A stretch of 64,000 nt of DNA from Squalus acanthias (GCA_030390025.1 JASTWF010000368.1:248001-312000), one strand, 5' to 3'. Shown: positions 12,220 to 25,991, counted from the stretch's first letter. A program made the numbers and translations. Notes: generated by a model from the letters alone, not told the origin.

Positions 12220-12664
12220 GAAAGACTTGCATTTATATAGCGCCTTTCACGACCACCGGACGTCTCAAAGCGCTTATACAGTCAATGAAGTACTTTTTGA
12301 AGTGGAGTCACTGAAGCCAATTTGTGCACAGCAAGCTCCCACAAACAGCAATGTGATAATGACCAGATAATCTGTTTCTGTTACGTTGGTTGAGAGATAA
12401 ATATTGGCCAGGACACCGGGGATAACTCCCCTGTTCCTCTTCGGAATAGTGCCGCGGGATCTTTTACGTCCACCTGAGAGAGCAGACGGGGCCTCAGTTT
12501 AATGTCTCATCTGAAAGACGGCACCTCCGACAATGCAGCGCTCCCTCAGCACTGCACTGGAGTGTCAGCCTAGTTTTATGTGCTCAAGTCCCTGTAGTGG
12601 GACTTGAACCCACAACCTTCTGACTCAGAGGCGCGCATGCTACCAACTGAGCCACAGCTGACAC
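12220..12664 (-). mobile_element. Full-length tRNA/Deu-domain SINE (SacSINE1-like) with L2-type tail
   Basis: Head gtgtcagctgTGGCTCAGTTGG (A box), GGTTCAAGTCC (B box); core gacggcacctccgac...; tail gcgctatataaatgcaagtcttt. Confidence 0.85.
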
Positions 12665-13357
12665 AATCATCAAAGGTTACGGCAACACAAGGAGGCCATT
12701 CGGCCCACCGTGTCAGCACCGGCCTAAAAAGAGCTATCCCAGCCCAATCCCACTTCCCAGCTACTTGGTCCGTAGCCCTTGCAAAGATTAAAACATTAAT
12801 GCTAGTATTTGTGGATTCTAGTACCCCTATTTCTCATAGCATTTAAAACCCTCATCACATTTTAAAAAGTACTTGGAGATGCACTTGAAGTGCCGTAACC
12901 TGCAGGTCTGCGGACCAAGAGCTGGAAAGTGGGATTAGGCTGGATAGCTCTTTTTTGGCCGGCACAGACACAATGGGCCGAATGGCCTCCTTCTGTGCTG
13001 TAGACGTCTATGATTCTACAGAATTCCCATAGCTCTATAGATTCTGGGAAGCCCTACCCTATAGGTTCTGGACAGCCCTAAAAAATCATAGAAATTTACG
13101 GCAAAGAAAGAGATCCATCATGCCTGTGCTGGCCGAAAAAGAGCTATCCAGCCTAATCCCATTTTCCAGCACTTTGTCCGTAGCCTTGTAGGTTACGGCA
13201 CTTCAAGTGCATATCCAAGTACTTTTTAAATGTGATGAGGGTTTCTGTCTCTACCACCCTCTCGGGCAGTGAGTTCCAGACCCCCCACCACCCTCTGGGT
13301 GAAAACGTTTCTCCTCAACTCCCCTCTAATCCTTCGACCAACTACTTTAAATCTATG

Positions 13358-14035
13358 GAAAAACTCAGCAAGCGAGGCAGCATCCGTGGAGAGAGAAACA
13401 GAGTTAACGTTTCAGGTCGAAGACCTTTCATCAGAACTGGAGACAGCAGGAAATCAAATAGATTTAAAGCAAGGATAAAGCTGGGAAAAGGGGGAGGGGA
13501 TAAAAGAACAAAAGGAGAGATTAAGAGACATTAAGAGACATTAAGAGATATCAAGGCAAGAGGTGGTGTTAATGTGACAGGTTAAGTCTGAAAGAAGTGA
13601 GAAATCCACTGGCAGAATGAAGGACAGCTGCCAGCTTCTAGGAGGAAAAAAAAAGGGGGGGGGGAAATAAAAGGGTGGATGAGAAAATAAAATATAAATG
13701 TGATGGGGCTAAGGTTATGATCTAAAATTGTTGAACTCGATATTGAGTCCAGAGGGCTGTAGCGTGCCTAAACGAAAGATGAGGTGCTGTTCCTCGAGCT
13801 TACGCTGCGCTTCCGTGGAACAGTGTAATAGGCCGAGGACGGTGAGGTCAGAGTGGGAGTGAAGCGGTGAATTAAAGTGACAGGCGACCGGGAGCTCGGG
13901 GTCCCCCTTACGGACTGAACGGAGGTGTTCCGCAAAGCAGTCACCCAATCTGCGTTTGGTCTCCCCAATGTTGAGTTTTTCCAGCGTTTTCTGTTGTTAT
14001 TTCGGATTTCCAGCATCTGCAGTATTTTGCTATCA
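13358..14035 (-). mobile_element. Penelope-like element (GIY-YIG endonuclease C-terminus plus pLTR) inserted in a CR1
   Basis: ORF 13715-13948 (FAEHLRSVR...VACHFNS...RKLEEQHLIFRLGTLQPSGLN); inverted pLTR piece at about 13972-14033; 15-bp TSD TACTTTAAATCTATG at 13343-13357 and 14036-14050. Confidence 0.88.
13402..13438 (-). ncRNA. Minimal type I hammerhead ribozyme (Penelope pLTR)
   Basis: AGUU-CUGAUGA-A-AGGUC-UUC-GACCU-GAAA-CG-UU^AACU; stems I and II pair perfectly; palindromic AACGUU. Confidence 0.8.
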
Positions 14036-16929
14036 TACTTTAAATCTATGCCCCCCTGGTTATTGACCTCTCTGCTGGGGGAAATAGGTCCTTCCTAGCC
14101 ACTCTATCTAGGCCCCTCATAATTTTAAGCACCTCAATAAGGTCTCCCCTCAGCCTCCTCTGTTCCAAAGAAAACAACCCCAGCCTATCCAGTCTTTCCT
14201 CAGAGCTAACATTCCCCAGCCCAGGCAACATCCTCGTAAATCTCCTCTGCACCCTCTCTAGTACAATTACATCCTTCCAGTAATGTGGGGACCAGAACTG
14301 TACGCAGTACTCTAGCTGTGGCCTAACTAGTGTTTTATACAGTTCAAGCATAACCGCCCTGCTTTTATATTCTAAGCCTCGGCTAATAAAGGAAAGTGTC
14401 CCGTATGCCTTCTTAACCACCTTAGCTACCTGTCCTGCTGCCTTCAAAGACATGTTGACATGCACTCCAAGGTCCCTCTTTTCCTCCACATAGAAACATA
14501 GAAGATAGGAGCAGGAGTAGGCCATTCGGCCCCTCGAGCCTGCTCCGCCATTCGATGAGATCATGGCTGATCATCCAAACTCAGTACCCTGTACCTGCCT
14601 TCTCCCCATATCCCTTGATACCTTTAGCTTTAAGAAATATATCTAACTCATTCTAGAATATATTTAATGACTTGGCCTCAACTACCTTCTGTGGTAGAGA
14701 ATTCCACAGGTTCACCACTCTCTGGGTGAAGAAATTCTACCTAATTTCTGTCCTAAATGGCTTACCCCTTATCCTTAGATTATGACCCCTGGTTCTGGAC
14801 TCTCCGACCATCGGGAACATTCTTCCTGCATCCAGTCTGTCCAGACCTGTCAGAATTTTATATGTTTCGATGAGATCCCCTCTCATTCTTCTATACTCCA
14901 GCGAGTATAAGCCCAATCGACCCAATCTCTCCTCATATGTCATTCCTGCCATCCCAGGTATCAGCCTTGTGAATCTTCGCTGAACTCCATCCATGGCAAG
15001 AACATCCTTCCTCAGATAAGGCGACCAAAACTGCACACAATACTCAAGGTGTCCACATTTCTCAGTATCCTACCATTTATTGTGCATTCCCTTGCCTTGT
15101 CAGCCCTCCCCAAATGCATTCCCTCACACTTCTCCGGATTGATTTCCATTTGCCACTTCTCTGCCCACCTGACCAGTCCATTGATATCTTTCTGTTGTCC
15201 ACACCTTTCTTCCTCACTATAAATCACCTGACCAATTTTTGTATCATTTGCAAACTTCTTAATCATCGATATATACCACAAAAAGCAAGGGACCTAGTGC
15301 TGAGCCCTGTGGAACCCAACTGGAAACAGCCTTCCAGTCACAAAAACACCCATCAACCCATTACCCTTTGCTTCCTGCCACTGAACCAATTTTGGATCCA
15401 ACTTGCCATAGAGTTATACAGCACAGAAAGAGGCCCTTCGGCCCATCGTGTCCGCGCCGGCCATCAAGCCCTGTCTATTCTAATCCCATTTTCCAGCACT
15501 TGGTCCGTAGCCTTGTATGCTATGGCGTTTCAAGTGCTCATCTAAATGCTTCTTGAATGTTGTGAGGGTTCCTGCCTCTACCACCCTTTCAGGCAGTGAG
15601 TTCCAGATTTCAACCACCCTCTGGGTGAAAAAGTTTTTCCTCAAATCCCCTCTAAACCTCCTGCCCCTTACCTTGAAACTATGCCCCCTGGTTATTGACC
15701 CCTCTACTTAAGGGGAAAAGTTCCTTTCTATCCACCCTATCTATGCCCCTCATAATTTTGTACACCTCAATCAGGTCCCCCCTCAGCCTTCTCTGCTCTA
15801 AGGAAAACAACCCCAGCCTCTCCAGTCTCTCTTCACAGCTGAAATGCTCCAGCCCAGGTAACATCCTGGTGAATCTCCTCTACACCCTCTCCAATGCAAT
15901 CACATCCTTCCTATGGCGACCAGAACTGCACACAGTATTCCAGCTGTGGCCTAACTAGCGTTTTGTACAGCTCCATCATAACCTCCCTGCTCTTATATTC
16001 TATGCCTCGGCTAATGAAGGCAAGTATCCCATATGCCTTCTTAACCACCTTATCACTTTCCCTTGGATCCCATGGGCTTTTTACCTTTCTGACCAACCTG
16101 CCATGTGGGGCCTTGTCAAAGGCCTTGCTAAAATCCATCAAATACACTACCCTCATTGACCCTCCTCGTTACCTCCTCTAAAAATTCAGTCAATTTAGTC
16201 AGACATGAACTTCCCTTAACAAATCCACGCTGACTGTACTTGATCAATCCGGGACTTTCTAAATGATAAGAACATAAGAACATAAGAAATAGGAGCAGGA
16301 GTAGGCCAATCGGCCCCTCGAGCCTGCTCCGCCATTCAATAAGATCATGGCTGATCTGATCCTAACCGCCAATCTACTATCTATCACAGAACCATCTCCT
16401 GCATCTAACAGAATTGCACACACGAAATAGGAGCAGAATCAGGCTACACAGTCCCTGGGCCCGCTCCACTACCCACAGGGCCATGACCGATCCGAACCTA
16501 GACTCATGTCCAAATTCCTGCCCGCTCCCCGTAACCCTTAATGCCCTTTACTTCTAGGAAACTGTCTATTTCTGTTTTAAATTTAATTAATGTTGTAGCT
16601 TCTACAGCTTTTTGTGGCAGCATATTCCATGGACCTACCACCCTCTGAGTGAAGTAGTTCCTCCTCATCTCAGTTTTGAAAGAGCAGCCCCTTATTCTAA
16701 GACTATGTCCCCTAGTTCTCGTCTCACCCGTCATCGGGAACATCCTCCCCGCATCCACCCGATCCAACCCCTTCACAATCTTATATGTTTCAATAAGATC
16801 GCCTCTCATTCTTCTGAACTCCAATTAATACCGTCCCTCAGAACTTTTCCAGTAATTTTCCTACCACCGAGGTTAGGCTGACTGGCCTGTAATTACTCGG
16901 TCTATCCCTTTCTCCCTTTTTAAACAATG

Positions 16930-17098
16930 GCAGTGCAGCGCTCCCTCAGTACTGCCCCTCCGACAGTGCCGCGCTCCCTCAGTACTGCCCCTCCGACAGT
17001 GCAGCGCTCCCTCAGTACTGCCCCTCTGACAGTGCAGCGCTCCCTCAGTACTGCCCCTCCGACAGTGTAGTGCTCCCTCAGTACTGCCCCTCCGACAT
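16930..17098. repeat. 33-bp SINE-derived minisatellite, about 5 copies
   Basis: CAGTGCAGCGCTCCCTCAGTACTGCCCCTCCGA units. Confidence 0.9.
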
Positions 17099-17111
17099 TG
17101 TGACACTCTCT

Positions 17112-17370
17112 CAGGGAGTGAGTTACAGGCTCGAATCAAATCAAGGGGTTCAGCGGGGGGGTTTATATATAGAGTAACAGATACCCCGGGAGTAAGTTAC
17201 AAGCTGGAATCTAATCAAGGGGTTTTGGGGGTTTATATATAGTGTAACAGATACCCGGCAGTGAGTTACAGGCTGGAACCTAATCGAGGGGTTCGGGTTA
17301 TTTATATATAGAATAACAGATACCTAGGAGTGAGTTACAGGCTGGAATCTAATTGAGGGGTTCGGGGTTT
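17112..17370. repeat. 69-bp minisatellite, left part, split from the main array by a LINE
   Basis: Same unit as 19035-23420. Confidence 0.9.
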
Positions 17371-17371
17371 T

Positions 17372-19030
17372 TTTTAATTCATTTATGGGATCAGGGCCTC
17401 GCTGGCAATGCCAGCATTTATTGCCCATCCCTAACTGCCCTTGAGAAGGTGCTGGTGAGCCGCCTTCTTGAACCGCTGCAGTCCGTGTGGTGAAGGTGCT
17501 CCCACAGTGCTGTTAGGGAGGGAGTTCCAGGATTTTGACCCAGCGACGATGAAGGATCGGCGATATACTTCAAAGTCAGGATGGTGTGTGACTTGGAGGG
17601 GAACTTGGAGGTGGTGGTGTTCCCATGCGCCTGCTGCCCTTGTCCTTCTCGGTGGAAGAGGTCGCGGGTTTGGGAGGTGCTGCTGAAGAAGCCTTGGCGA
17701 GTTGCTGCAGTGCATCTTGTAGATGGTACACACTGCAGCTACGGTACGCTGGTGGTGGAGGGAGTGAATGTTTAAGGTGGTGGATGGGGTGGCAATCAAG
17801 CGGGCTGCTTTGTCCTGGATGGTGTCGAGCTTCTTGTGTGTTGTTGGAGCTTCACTCATCCAGGCAAGTGGAGAGTATTCCATCACACTCTTTACTTGTG
17901 CCTTGTAGATGGTGGAAAGGCTTTGGGGAGTCAGGAGGTGAGACACTCGCCGCTGAATACCTAGCCTCTGACCTGCTCTTGTTGCCACAGTATTTATGTG
18001 GCTGGTCCAGTTAAGTTTCTGGTTAATGATGACCCCTAGGATGTTGATAGTGGGGGATTCGGCAATGGTAATGCCATTGAATGTCAAGGGGAGGTGGTTA
18101 GACTCTCGCTTGTTGGAGATAGTCATTGCCTGGCACTTCTGTGGCGCGAATGTTACCTGCCACTTAGCAGCCCAAGCCTGAACGTCGTCCAGGTCTTGTT
18201 GCATGCGGGTATGGACTGCTTCATTATCTGTGGAGTTGCGAATGGCGTTGAACACTGGCAGTCATCAGCGAACATCCCCATTTCTGACCTTATGTTGGAG
18301 GGAAGGTCATTGATGAAGCAGCTGAAGATGGTCGGGCCTAGGACAGTGCCCTGAGGAACTCCTGCAGCGATGTCCTGGGGCTGTGATGATTGACCTTCAA
18401 CCACCCCAACCATCTTCCTTTGTGCTAGGTATGACTCCAGCCAGTGGAGCGTTTTCCCCCTGATTCCCATTGACTTCAGTTTTACTAGGGCTCCTTGATG
18501 CCAGACTCGGTCAAATGCTGCCTTGATGTCAAGGGCAGTCACTCTCACCTCACCTCTGGAATTCAGCTCCTTTGTCCATGTTTGGACCAAGGCTGTAATG
18601 AGGTTGGGAGCCGAGTGGTCTTGGCGGAACCCAAACTGGGCATCAGTGAGCAGGTTATTGGTGAGTAAGTGCCGCTTGATAGCACTGTCGATGACACCAT
18701 CCATCACTTTGCTGATGATTGAGAGTAGACTGATGGGGCGGTAATTGGCCGGGTTGGATTTGTCCTGCTTTTTGTGGACAGGACATACCTGGGCAGTTTT
18801 CCACATTGTCGGATAGATGCATGTGTTGCAGCTGTACTGGAACAGCTTGGCTAGAGGTGCGGCTAGTTCTGGAGCACAAGTCTTCAGCACGATAGCCAGG
18901 ATGTTGTCGGGGCCCATAGCCTTTGCTGTATCCAGTGCGCTCAGCCGTTTCTTGATATCACGTGGAGTGAATCGAATTGGCTGAAGACTGGCTTCTGTGA
19001 TGGTGGGAACCTCGGGAGTAGGCCGATATG
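17372..19030 (-). mobile_element. 5'-truncated CR1/L2-group LINE (RT plus C-terminus, frameshifted) with A-rich tail
   Basis: RT motifs NYRPISLLS, QFGFR, ALDIKAAFDRV, GVPQG, FADD in ORFs 18153-18917 and 17431-18255; 3' end gggatgggcaataaatgctggc. Confidence 0.9.
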
Positions 19031-19034
19031 GAAA

Positions 19035-22000
19035 AGCAGATACCCAGGAGTGAGATACAGGCTGGATCTAGTCGAGGGGTTCGGGGGGGTTTATATTTCG
19101 AATAACAGATACCCGGCAGTGGGTTACAGGCTGGAATCCAATCGAGGGGTTCGGGGTGTTTATATATAGAATAACAGATACCCAGGAGTGAGTTACAGGC
19201 AGGAATCTAACCGAGGGGTTCGGGGACGTTTATATTTTGAATAACAGATACCCAGGAGTGAGTTACAGGCTGGAATCTAATCGAGGGGTTCAGATGGTTT
19301 ATATATAGAATAACAGATACCCAGGAGTGAGTTACAGGCTGGAATCTAATTGAGGGGTAGGGGTGTTTATATAGAGAATAACAGATACCCGGGAGTGAGT
19401 TACAGGCTGGAAACTAATCGAGGGGTTCGGGGGGGTGGGGTTTATATTTTGAATAACAGATACCCGGGAGTGAGTTACAGGCTGGAATCTAATCGAGGGG
19501 TTCGGTGGGTTTATATATGGAATAACAGATACCCGGGAGTGAGTTACAGGCTGGAATCTAATCGAGGGGTTCGGGGGGTTTATATAGAGAATAACAGATA
19601 CCCGGGGGTGAGTTACAGGCTGGAATCTAATCAAGGGGTTTGGGGGGGTTTATATATAGAATAACAGATACCTGGGAGTGAGTTACAGGCTGGAATCTAC
19701 TCAAGGGGTTCGGGGGGTTTATATATAGAGTAACAGATACCCGGGAGTGAGTTACAGGCTGGAATCTAATCGAGGGGTTCTGGGGGTTTATATATAGAAT
19801 AACGGATACCCGGGAGTGAGTTACAGGCTGGAATCTAATCGAGGGGTTCGGTGGGTTTATATATGGAATAACAGATACCCGGGAGTGAGTTACAGGCTGG
19901 AATCTAATCGAGGGGTTCGGTGGGTTTATATATAGAATAACAGATACCCAGGAGTGAGTTACAGGCTGGAATCTAATTGAGGGGTTCGGTGGGTTTATAT
20001 ATAGAATAACAGATACCCGGGAGTGAGTTACAGGCTGGAATCTAATCGAGGGGTTCTGGGGGTTTATATATAGAATAACAGATACCCGGGAGTGAGTTAC
20101 AGGCTGGAATCTAATCGAGGGGTTCAGCAGGGTTTATATATATAACAGATACCCGGGAGTGAGTTACAGGCTGGAATCTAATCGAGCGGTTCGGGGGAGT
20201 TTATATATAGAATAACAGATACCTGGGAGTGAGATACAGGCTGGAATCTAATCGAGGGGTTCTGGGGGTTTATATATAGAATAACAGATACCCGGGAGTG
20301 AGTTACAGGCTGGAATCTAATCGTGGAATCTGGGGGTTTATATATAGAATAACAGACACCCGGGAGTGAGTTACAGGCTGGAATCTAATCGAGGGGTTCG
20401 GGGGGTTTATATATAGAATAACAGATACCCTGGAGTGAGTTACAGGCTGGAATCTAATCGAGGGGTTCGGGGGGGGTTTATATATAGAATAACAGATACA
20501 CGGGAGTGAGTTACAGGCTGGAATCTAATCGAGGGGTTCGGGGGGTTTATATAGAGAATAACAGATACCCGGGAGTGAGTTACAGGCTGGAATCTAATCG
20601 AGGGGTTCGGGGCTTTATATAGAGAATAACAGATACCCGGGAGTGAGTTACAGGCTGGAATCTAATCGAGAGGTTCGGGGGGTTTATATAGAGAATAACA
20701 GATACCCGGGAGTGAGTTACAGACTGAAATCTAATCGAGGGGTTCGGGGGGGTTTATATATAGAATAACAGATTCCCGGGAGTGAGTTACAGGCTGGAAT
20801 CTAATCGAGGGGTTCGGGGTGGATTATATATAGAATAACAGATATCTGGGTGTGAGTTACAGGCTGGAATCTAATCGAGGGGTTCAGGGGTTTATATATA
20901 GAATAACAGATACCCGGGAGGGAGTTACAGCCTGGAATCTAATCGAGGGGTTCTGGTGGTTTATATATAGAATAACAGATACCCGGGAGTGAGTTACAGG
21001 CTGGAATCTAATCGAGGGGTTCGGGGGGTTTATATAGAGAATAACAGATACCCGGGGGTGAGTTACAGGCTGGAATCTAATCGAGGGGATCGGGGGGGGT
21101 TTATATAGAATAACAGATACCGGGGAGTGAGTTACAGACTGGAATCTAATTGAGGGGTTCGGGGGGGTTTATATATAGAATAACAGATACCCGGGAGTGA
21201 GTTACAGGCTGGAATCTAATCGAGGGGTTCGGGATGTTTATATATAGAATAACAGATACCCGGGAGTGAGTTACAGGCTGGAATCTCATTGAGGGGTTCG
21301 GGGTGTTTACATATAGAATAACAGATACCCGGGAGTGAGTTACAGGCTGGAATCTAATCGAGGGGTTCGGGGGGGTGTTATATATAGAATAACAGATACC
21401 TGGGAGTGAGTTACAGGCTGGAATCTAATCGAGGGGTTCGGGTGGTTTATATATAGAATAACAGATACCCGGGAGTGAGTTACAGGCTGGAATCTAATTG
21501 AGGGGTTCGGTGGGTTTATATATAGAATAACAGATACCCGGGAGTGAGTTACAGGCTGGAATCTAATCGAGGGGTTCAGCAGGGTTTATATATATAACAG
21601 ATACCCGGGAGTGAGTTACAGGCTGGAATCTAATCGAGCGGTTCGGGGGAGTTTATATATAGAATAACAGATACCTGGGAGTGAGATACAGGCTGGAATC
21701 TAATCGAGGGGTTCTGGGGGTTTATATATAGAATAACAGATACCCGGGAGTGAGTTACAGGCTGGAATCTAATCGTGGAATCTGGGGGTTTATATATAGA
21801 ATAACAGACACCCGGGAGTGAGTTACAGGCTGGAATCTAATCGAGGGGTTCGGGGGGTTTATATATAGAATAACAGATACCCTGGAGTGAGTTACAGGCT
21901 GGAATCTAATCGAGGGGTTCGGGGGGGGTTTATATATAGAATAACAGATACACGGGAGTGAGTTACAGGCTGGAATCTAATCGAGGGGTTCGGGGGGTTT

Positions 22001-23420
22001 ATATAGAGAATAACAGATACCCGGGAGTGAGTTACAGGCTGGAATCTAATCGAGGGGTTCGGGGCTTTATATAGAGAATAACAGATACCCGGGAGTGAGT
22101 TACAGGCTGGAATCTAATCGAGAGGTTCGGGGGGTTTATATAGAGAATAACAGATACCCGGGAGTGAGTTACAGACTGAAATCTAATCGAGGGGTTCGGG
22201 GGGGTTTATATATAGAATAACAGATTCCCGGGAGTGAGTTACAGGCTGGAATCTAATCGAGGGGTTCGGGGTGGATTATATATAGAATAACAGATATCTG
22301 GGTGTGAGTTACAGGCTGGAATCTAATCGAGGGGTTCAGGGGTTTATATATAGAATAACAGATACCCGGGAGGGAGTTACAGCCTGGAATCTAATCGAGG
22401 GGTTCTGGTGGTTTATATATAGAATAACAGATACCCGGGAGTGAGTTACAGGCTGGAATCTAATCGAGGGGTTCGGGGGGTTTATATAGAGAATAACAGA
22501 TACCCGGGGGTGAGTTACAGGCTGGAATCTAATCGAGGGGATCGGGGGGGGTTTATATAGAATAACAGATACCGGGGAGTGAGTTACAGACTGGAATCTA
22601 ATTGAGGGGTTCGGTGGGTTTATATATAGAATAACAGATACCCGGGAGTGAGTTACAGGCTGGAATCTAATCGAGGGGTTCGGGATGTTTATATATAGAA
22701 TAACAGATACCCGGGAGTGAGTTACAGGCTGGAATCTCATTGAGGGGTTCGGGGTGTTTACATATAGAATAACAGATACCCGGGAGTGAGTTACAGGCTG
22801 GAATCTAATCGAGGGGTTCGGGGGGGTGTTATATATAGAATAACAGATACCTGGGAGTGAGTTACAGGCTGGAATCTAATCGAGGGGTTCGGGTGGTTTA
22901 TATATAGAATAACAGATACCCGGGAGTGAGTTACAGACTGGAATCTAATCGAGGGGTTCGGGGGGGTTTATATATAGAATAACAGATACCCGGGAGTGAG
23001 TTACAGGCTGGAATCTAATCGAGGGGTTCGGGGTGGATTATATATAGAATAACAGATACCCGGGAGTGAGTTACAGGCTGGAATGTAATCGAGGGGTTCG
23101 GGGGGTTTATATATAGAATAACAGATACCCGGGAGTGAGTTACAGGCTGGAATCTAATCGAGGGGTTCGGGGTGTTTAAATATAGAATAACAGATACCCG
23201 GGAGTGAGTTACAGGCTGGAATCTAATCGAGGGGTTCGGAGGGTTTAGAAATAGAATAACAGATACCTGGGGGTGAGTTACAGGCTGGAATCTAATCGAG
23301 GGGTTCGGGGTGTTTACATATAGAATAACAGATACCTGGGAGTGAGTTACAGGCTGGAATCTAATCGAGGGGTTCGGGTGGGTTTATATATGCAATAACA
23401 GATACCCGGGAGTGAGGTAC
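19035..23420. repeat. About 69-bp minisatellite GAGTTACAGGCTGGAATCTAATCGAGGGGTTCGGGGGGTTTATATATAGAATAACAGATACCCGGGAGT, about 63 copies, with a 1452-bp higher-order duplication
   Basis: Tandem periodicity; rare variants recur at a 1452-bp offset. Confidence 0.95.
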
Positions 23421-23499
23421 GGGCTCAGTGAGATCAGGCTAACTCAGCACAGCCCCCTCACGCCAGGCTGCAGCAAGCAAAGGATTCGATCCGAAGACA

Positions 23500-23872
23500 G
23501 GGTTAGGTTGTGAAGTGATTTATTTATTTTAAAATCCGTGTCGCGTGTGATTTTTAGAGATTAACAAAACCCGCCCACCAGTTAAGTGCAGACCCGCAAT
23601 CCAAGATAAGCAGGCCCCCTTGTTTTTAAAAAAGCCTTTTAAAAGATGCGTAAAAATCGTTCCTTGATAAAATAAATCTTTGAGACAAAGAGAAAGTTCT
23701 TGGGGGAATATTGAGACAAAGTGCGTAGAGCTCAATCAGTCTGAGGCACTGACAAAGAGTATAAAAAAAAGATCCGGGATTCATTTCCCGGTACATCCAA
23801 GGACATCGTGGGCGCAACACGCCCCTCTCACACAATCCCGTGCTGCACGATCCTCCCTCTCTGACCAGCAAT
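23500..23872 (-). other. TNKS1BP1: Putative terminal 3'UTR exon of TNKS1BP1 with poly(A) signal
   Basis: Acceptor ...aaactacAG ending at 23873; overlapping AATAAA at 23519-23528; unique sequence between repeat arrays. Confidence 0.55.
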
Positions 23873-23940
23873 CTGTAGTTTTGAGGGGCAGCTGTGAGTC
23901 TTAGCGTGATCTGGGGGGAAAAAGGAATGTCTCAATGTTA

Positions 23941-25868
23941 TTGCCCCTCCGACAGTGCAGAGCTCCCGCAGTACTGCCCCTCCGACAGTGCGGCGCTCCC
24001 TCAGTACTGCCCCTCCGACAGTGCGGCGCTCCCGCAGTACTGTCCCTCCGACAGTGCGGCGCTCCCTCAGTACTGCCCCTCCGACAGTGCAGAGCTCCCG
24101 CAGTACTGCCCCTCCGACAGTGCGGCGCTCTCTCAGTACTGCCCCTCCGACAGTGCGGCGCTCCCTCAGTACTGCCCCTCCGACAGTGCGGCGCTCCCTC
24201 AGTACTGCCCCTCCGACAGTGCAGCGCTCCCTCAGTACTGCCCCTCCGACAGTGCAGCGCTCCCTCAGTACTGACCCTCCAACAGTGCAGAGCTCCCTCA
24301 GTACTGACCCGCCGACAGTGCAGCACTCCCTCAGTACTGCCCCTCCGACAGTGCACCGCTCCCTCAGTACTGCCCCTCCGACAGTGCCGCGCTCCCTCAG
24401 TACTGCCCCTCCGACAGTGCAGCGCTCCCTCAGTACTGCCCCTCCGACAGTGCAGCGCTCCCTCAGTACTGCCCCTCCGACAGTGCAGCTCTCCCTCAGT
24501 ACTGCCCCTCCGACAGTGCAGCGCTCCCTCAGTACTGCCCCTCCGACAGTGCAGAGCTCCCTCAGTACTGCCCCTCCGACAGTGCAGCGCTCCCTCAGTA
24601 CTGCCCCTCCGACAGTGCAGCTCTCCCTCAGTACTGCCCCTCCGACAGTGCAGCGCTCCCTCAGTACTGACCCTCCGACAGTGCAGCGCTCCCTCAGTAC
24701 TGCCCCTCCGACAGTGCAGCGCTCCCTCAGTACTGCCCCTCCGACAGTGCAGCGCTCCCTCAGTACTGCCCCTCCGACAGTGCAGCGCTCCCTCAGTACT
24801 GACCCTCTGACAGTGCAGCGTTGCCTCAGTACTGCCCCTCGGACAGTGCGGCGCTCCCTCAGTACTGCCCCTCCAACAGTGCAGCAGTCCCTCAGTACTG
24901 ACCCTCTGACAGTGCAGCGTTGCCTCAGTACTGCCCCTCGGACAGTGCGGCGCTCCCTCAGTACTGCCCCTCCGACAGTGCAGCGTTGCCTCAGTACTGA
25001 CCCTCTGACAGTGCAGCGCTCCCTCAGTACTGCCCCTCCGACAGTGCAGCGCTCCCTCAGTACTGCCCCTCCGACAGTGCGGCGCTCCCTCAGTACTGCC
25101 CCTCTGACAGTGCGGCGCTCCCTCAGTACTGACCCTCCGACAGTGCGGCGCTCCCTCAGTACTGACCCTCCGACAGTGCAGCGCTCCCTCAGTACTGCCC
25201 CTTGAACAGTGCAGCGCTCCCTCAGTACTGCCCCTCCGACAGTGCAGCGTTGCCTCAGTACTGCCCCTCGGACAGTGCGGCGCTCCCTCAGTACAGCCCC
25301 TCTGACAGTGCAGCGCTCCCTCAGTACTGACACCGGGGAGTGCGGCGCTCCCTCAGTACTGCCCCTCTGACAGTGCAGCGTTGCCTCAGTACAGCCCCTC
25401 TGACAGTGCGGCGCTCCCTCAGTACTGACACCGGGGAGTGCGGCGCTCCCTCAGTACTGACACCGGGGAGTGCGGCGCTCCCTCAGTACTGCCCCTCTGA
25501 CAGTGCGGCGCTCCCTCAGTACTGACACCGGGGAGTGCGGCGCTCCCTCAGTACTGCCCCTCTGACAGTGCGGCGCTCCCTCAGTACTGCCCCTCTGACA
25601 GTGCGGCGCTCCCTCAGTACTGACACCGGGGAGTGCGGCGCTCCCTCAGTACTGCCCCTCTGACAGTGCGGCGCTCCCTCAGTATTCCCCCTCCGACAGT
25701 GCGGTGCTCCCGCAGTATTCCCCCTCCGACAGTGTGGTGCTCCCTCAGTACTGACACCGGGGAGTGTCGGCCTGGATTATGAGCTTCGAATCTCTGGAGT
25801 GGGGTTCGAACCTATGACCTTGTGACTCCGAGGCGAGAGAGAGCGACCCGCTGAGCCACGGCTGACAC
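23941..25868 (-). repeat. 33-bp SINE-derived minisatellite (about 55 copies) ending in the tRNA head of its parent SINE (25745-25868)
   Basis: The array runs directly into gtgtcagccgtggctcagcggg...ggttcgaaccc on the minus strand. Confidence 0.92.
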
Positions 25869-25991
25869 CCAGTGTAGGTGGGAACTGGATAGCTCCAGGT
25901 TAGGCATTGACCTTTCTCACCTCTCCCTCCCCCCCCTCCCCGCACTCCCCCTCCATCTCCCCCGACACCGCTGACTCACCGAGTGAAAAGC

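Larger units (their letters stand above)
12668..16927 (-). mobile_element. Cluster of nested 5'-truncated CR1 fragments, mostly minus strand (one plus-strand piece at about 12830-13020)
   Basis: Repeated [15 protein letters not shown] / [18 protein letters not shown]s; several (CATAGAAA)n or (CATAAGAA)n tails, e.g. at about 14489 and 16267. Confidence 0.9.

Noticed and set aside
12590..12664. tRNA genes (also 25790-25868 and 62193-62280)
   Set aside because: The A and B boxes belong to SINE or LINE heads; no complete cloverleaf or Pol III terminator.
19035..23420. CRISPR-like regular repeats (also other arrays)
   Set aside because: Head-to-tail units without unique spacers, no cas genes, eukaryotic context.
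23828..25333. Cys/Arg-rich or STAPP mucin-like repeat proteins (also at 33491 and 56552)
   Set aside because: The 33-bp SINE-derived unit is open in several frames by chance.
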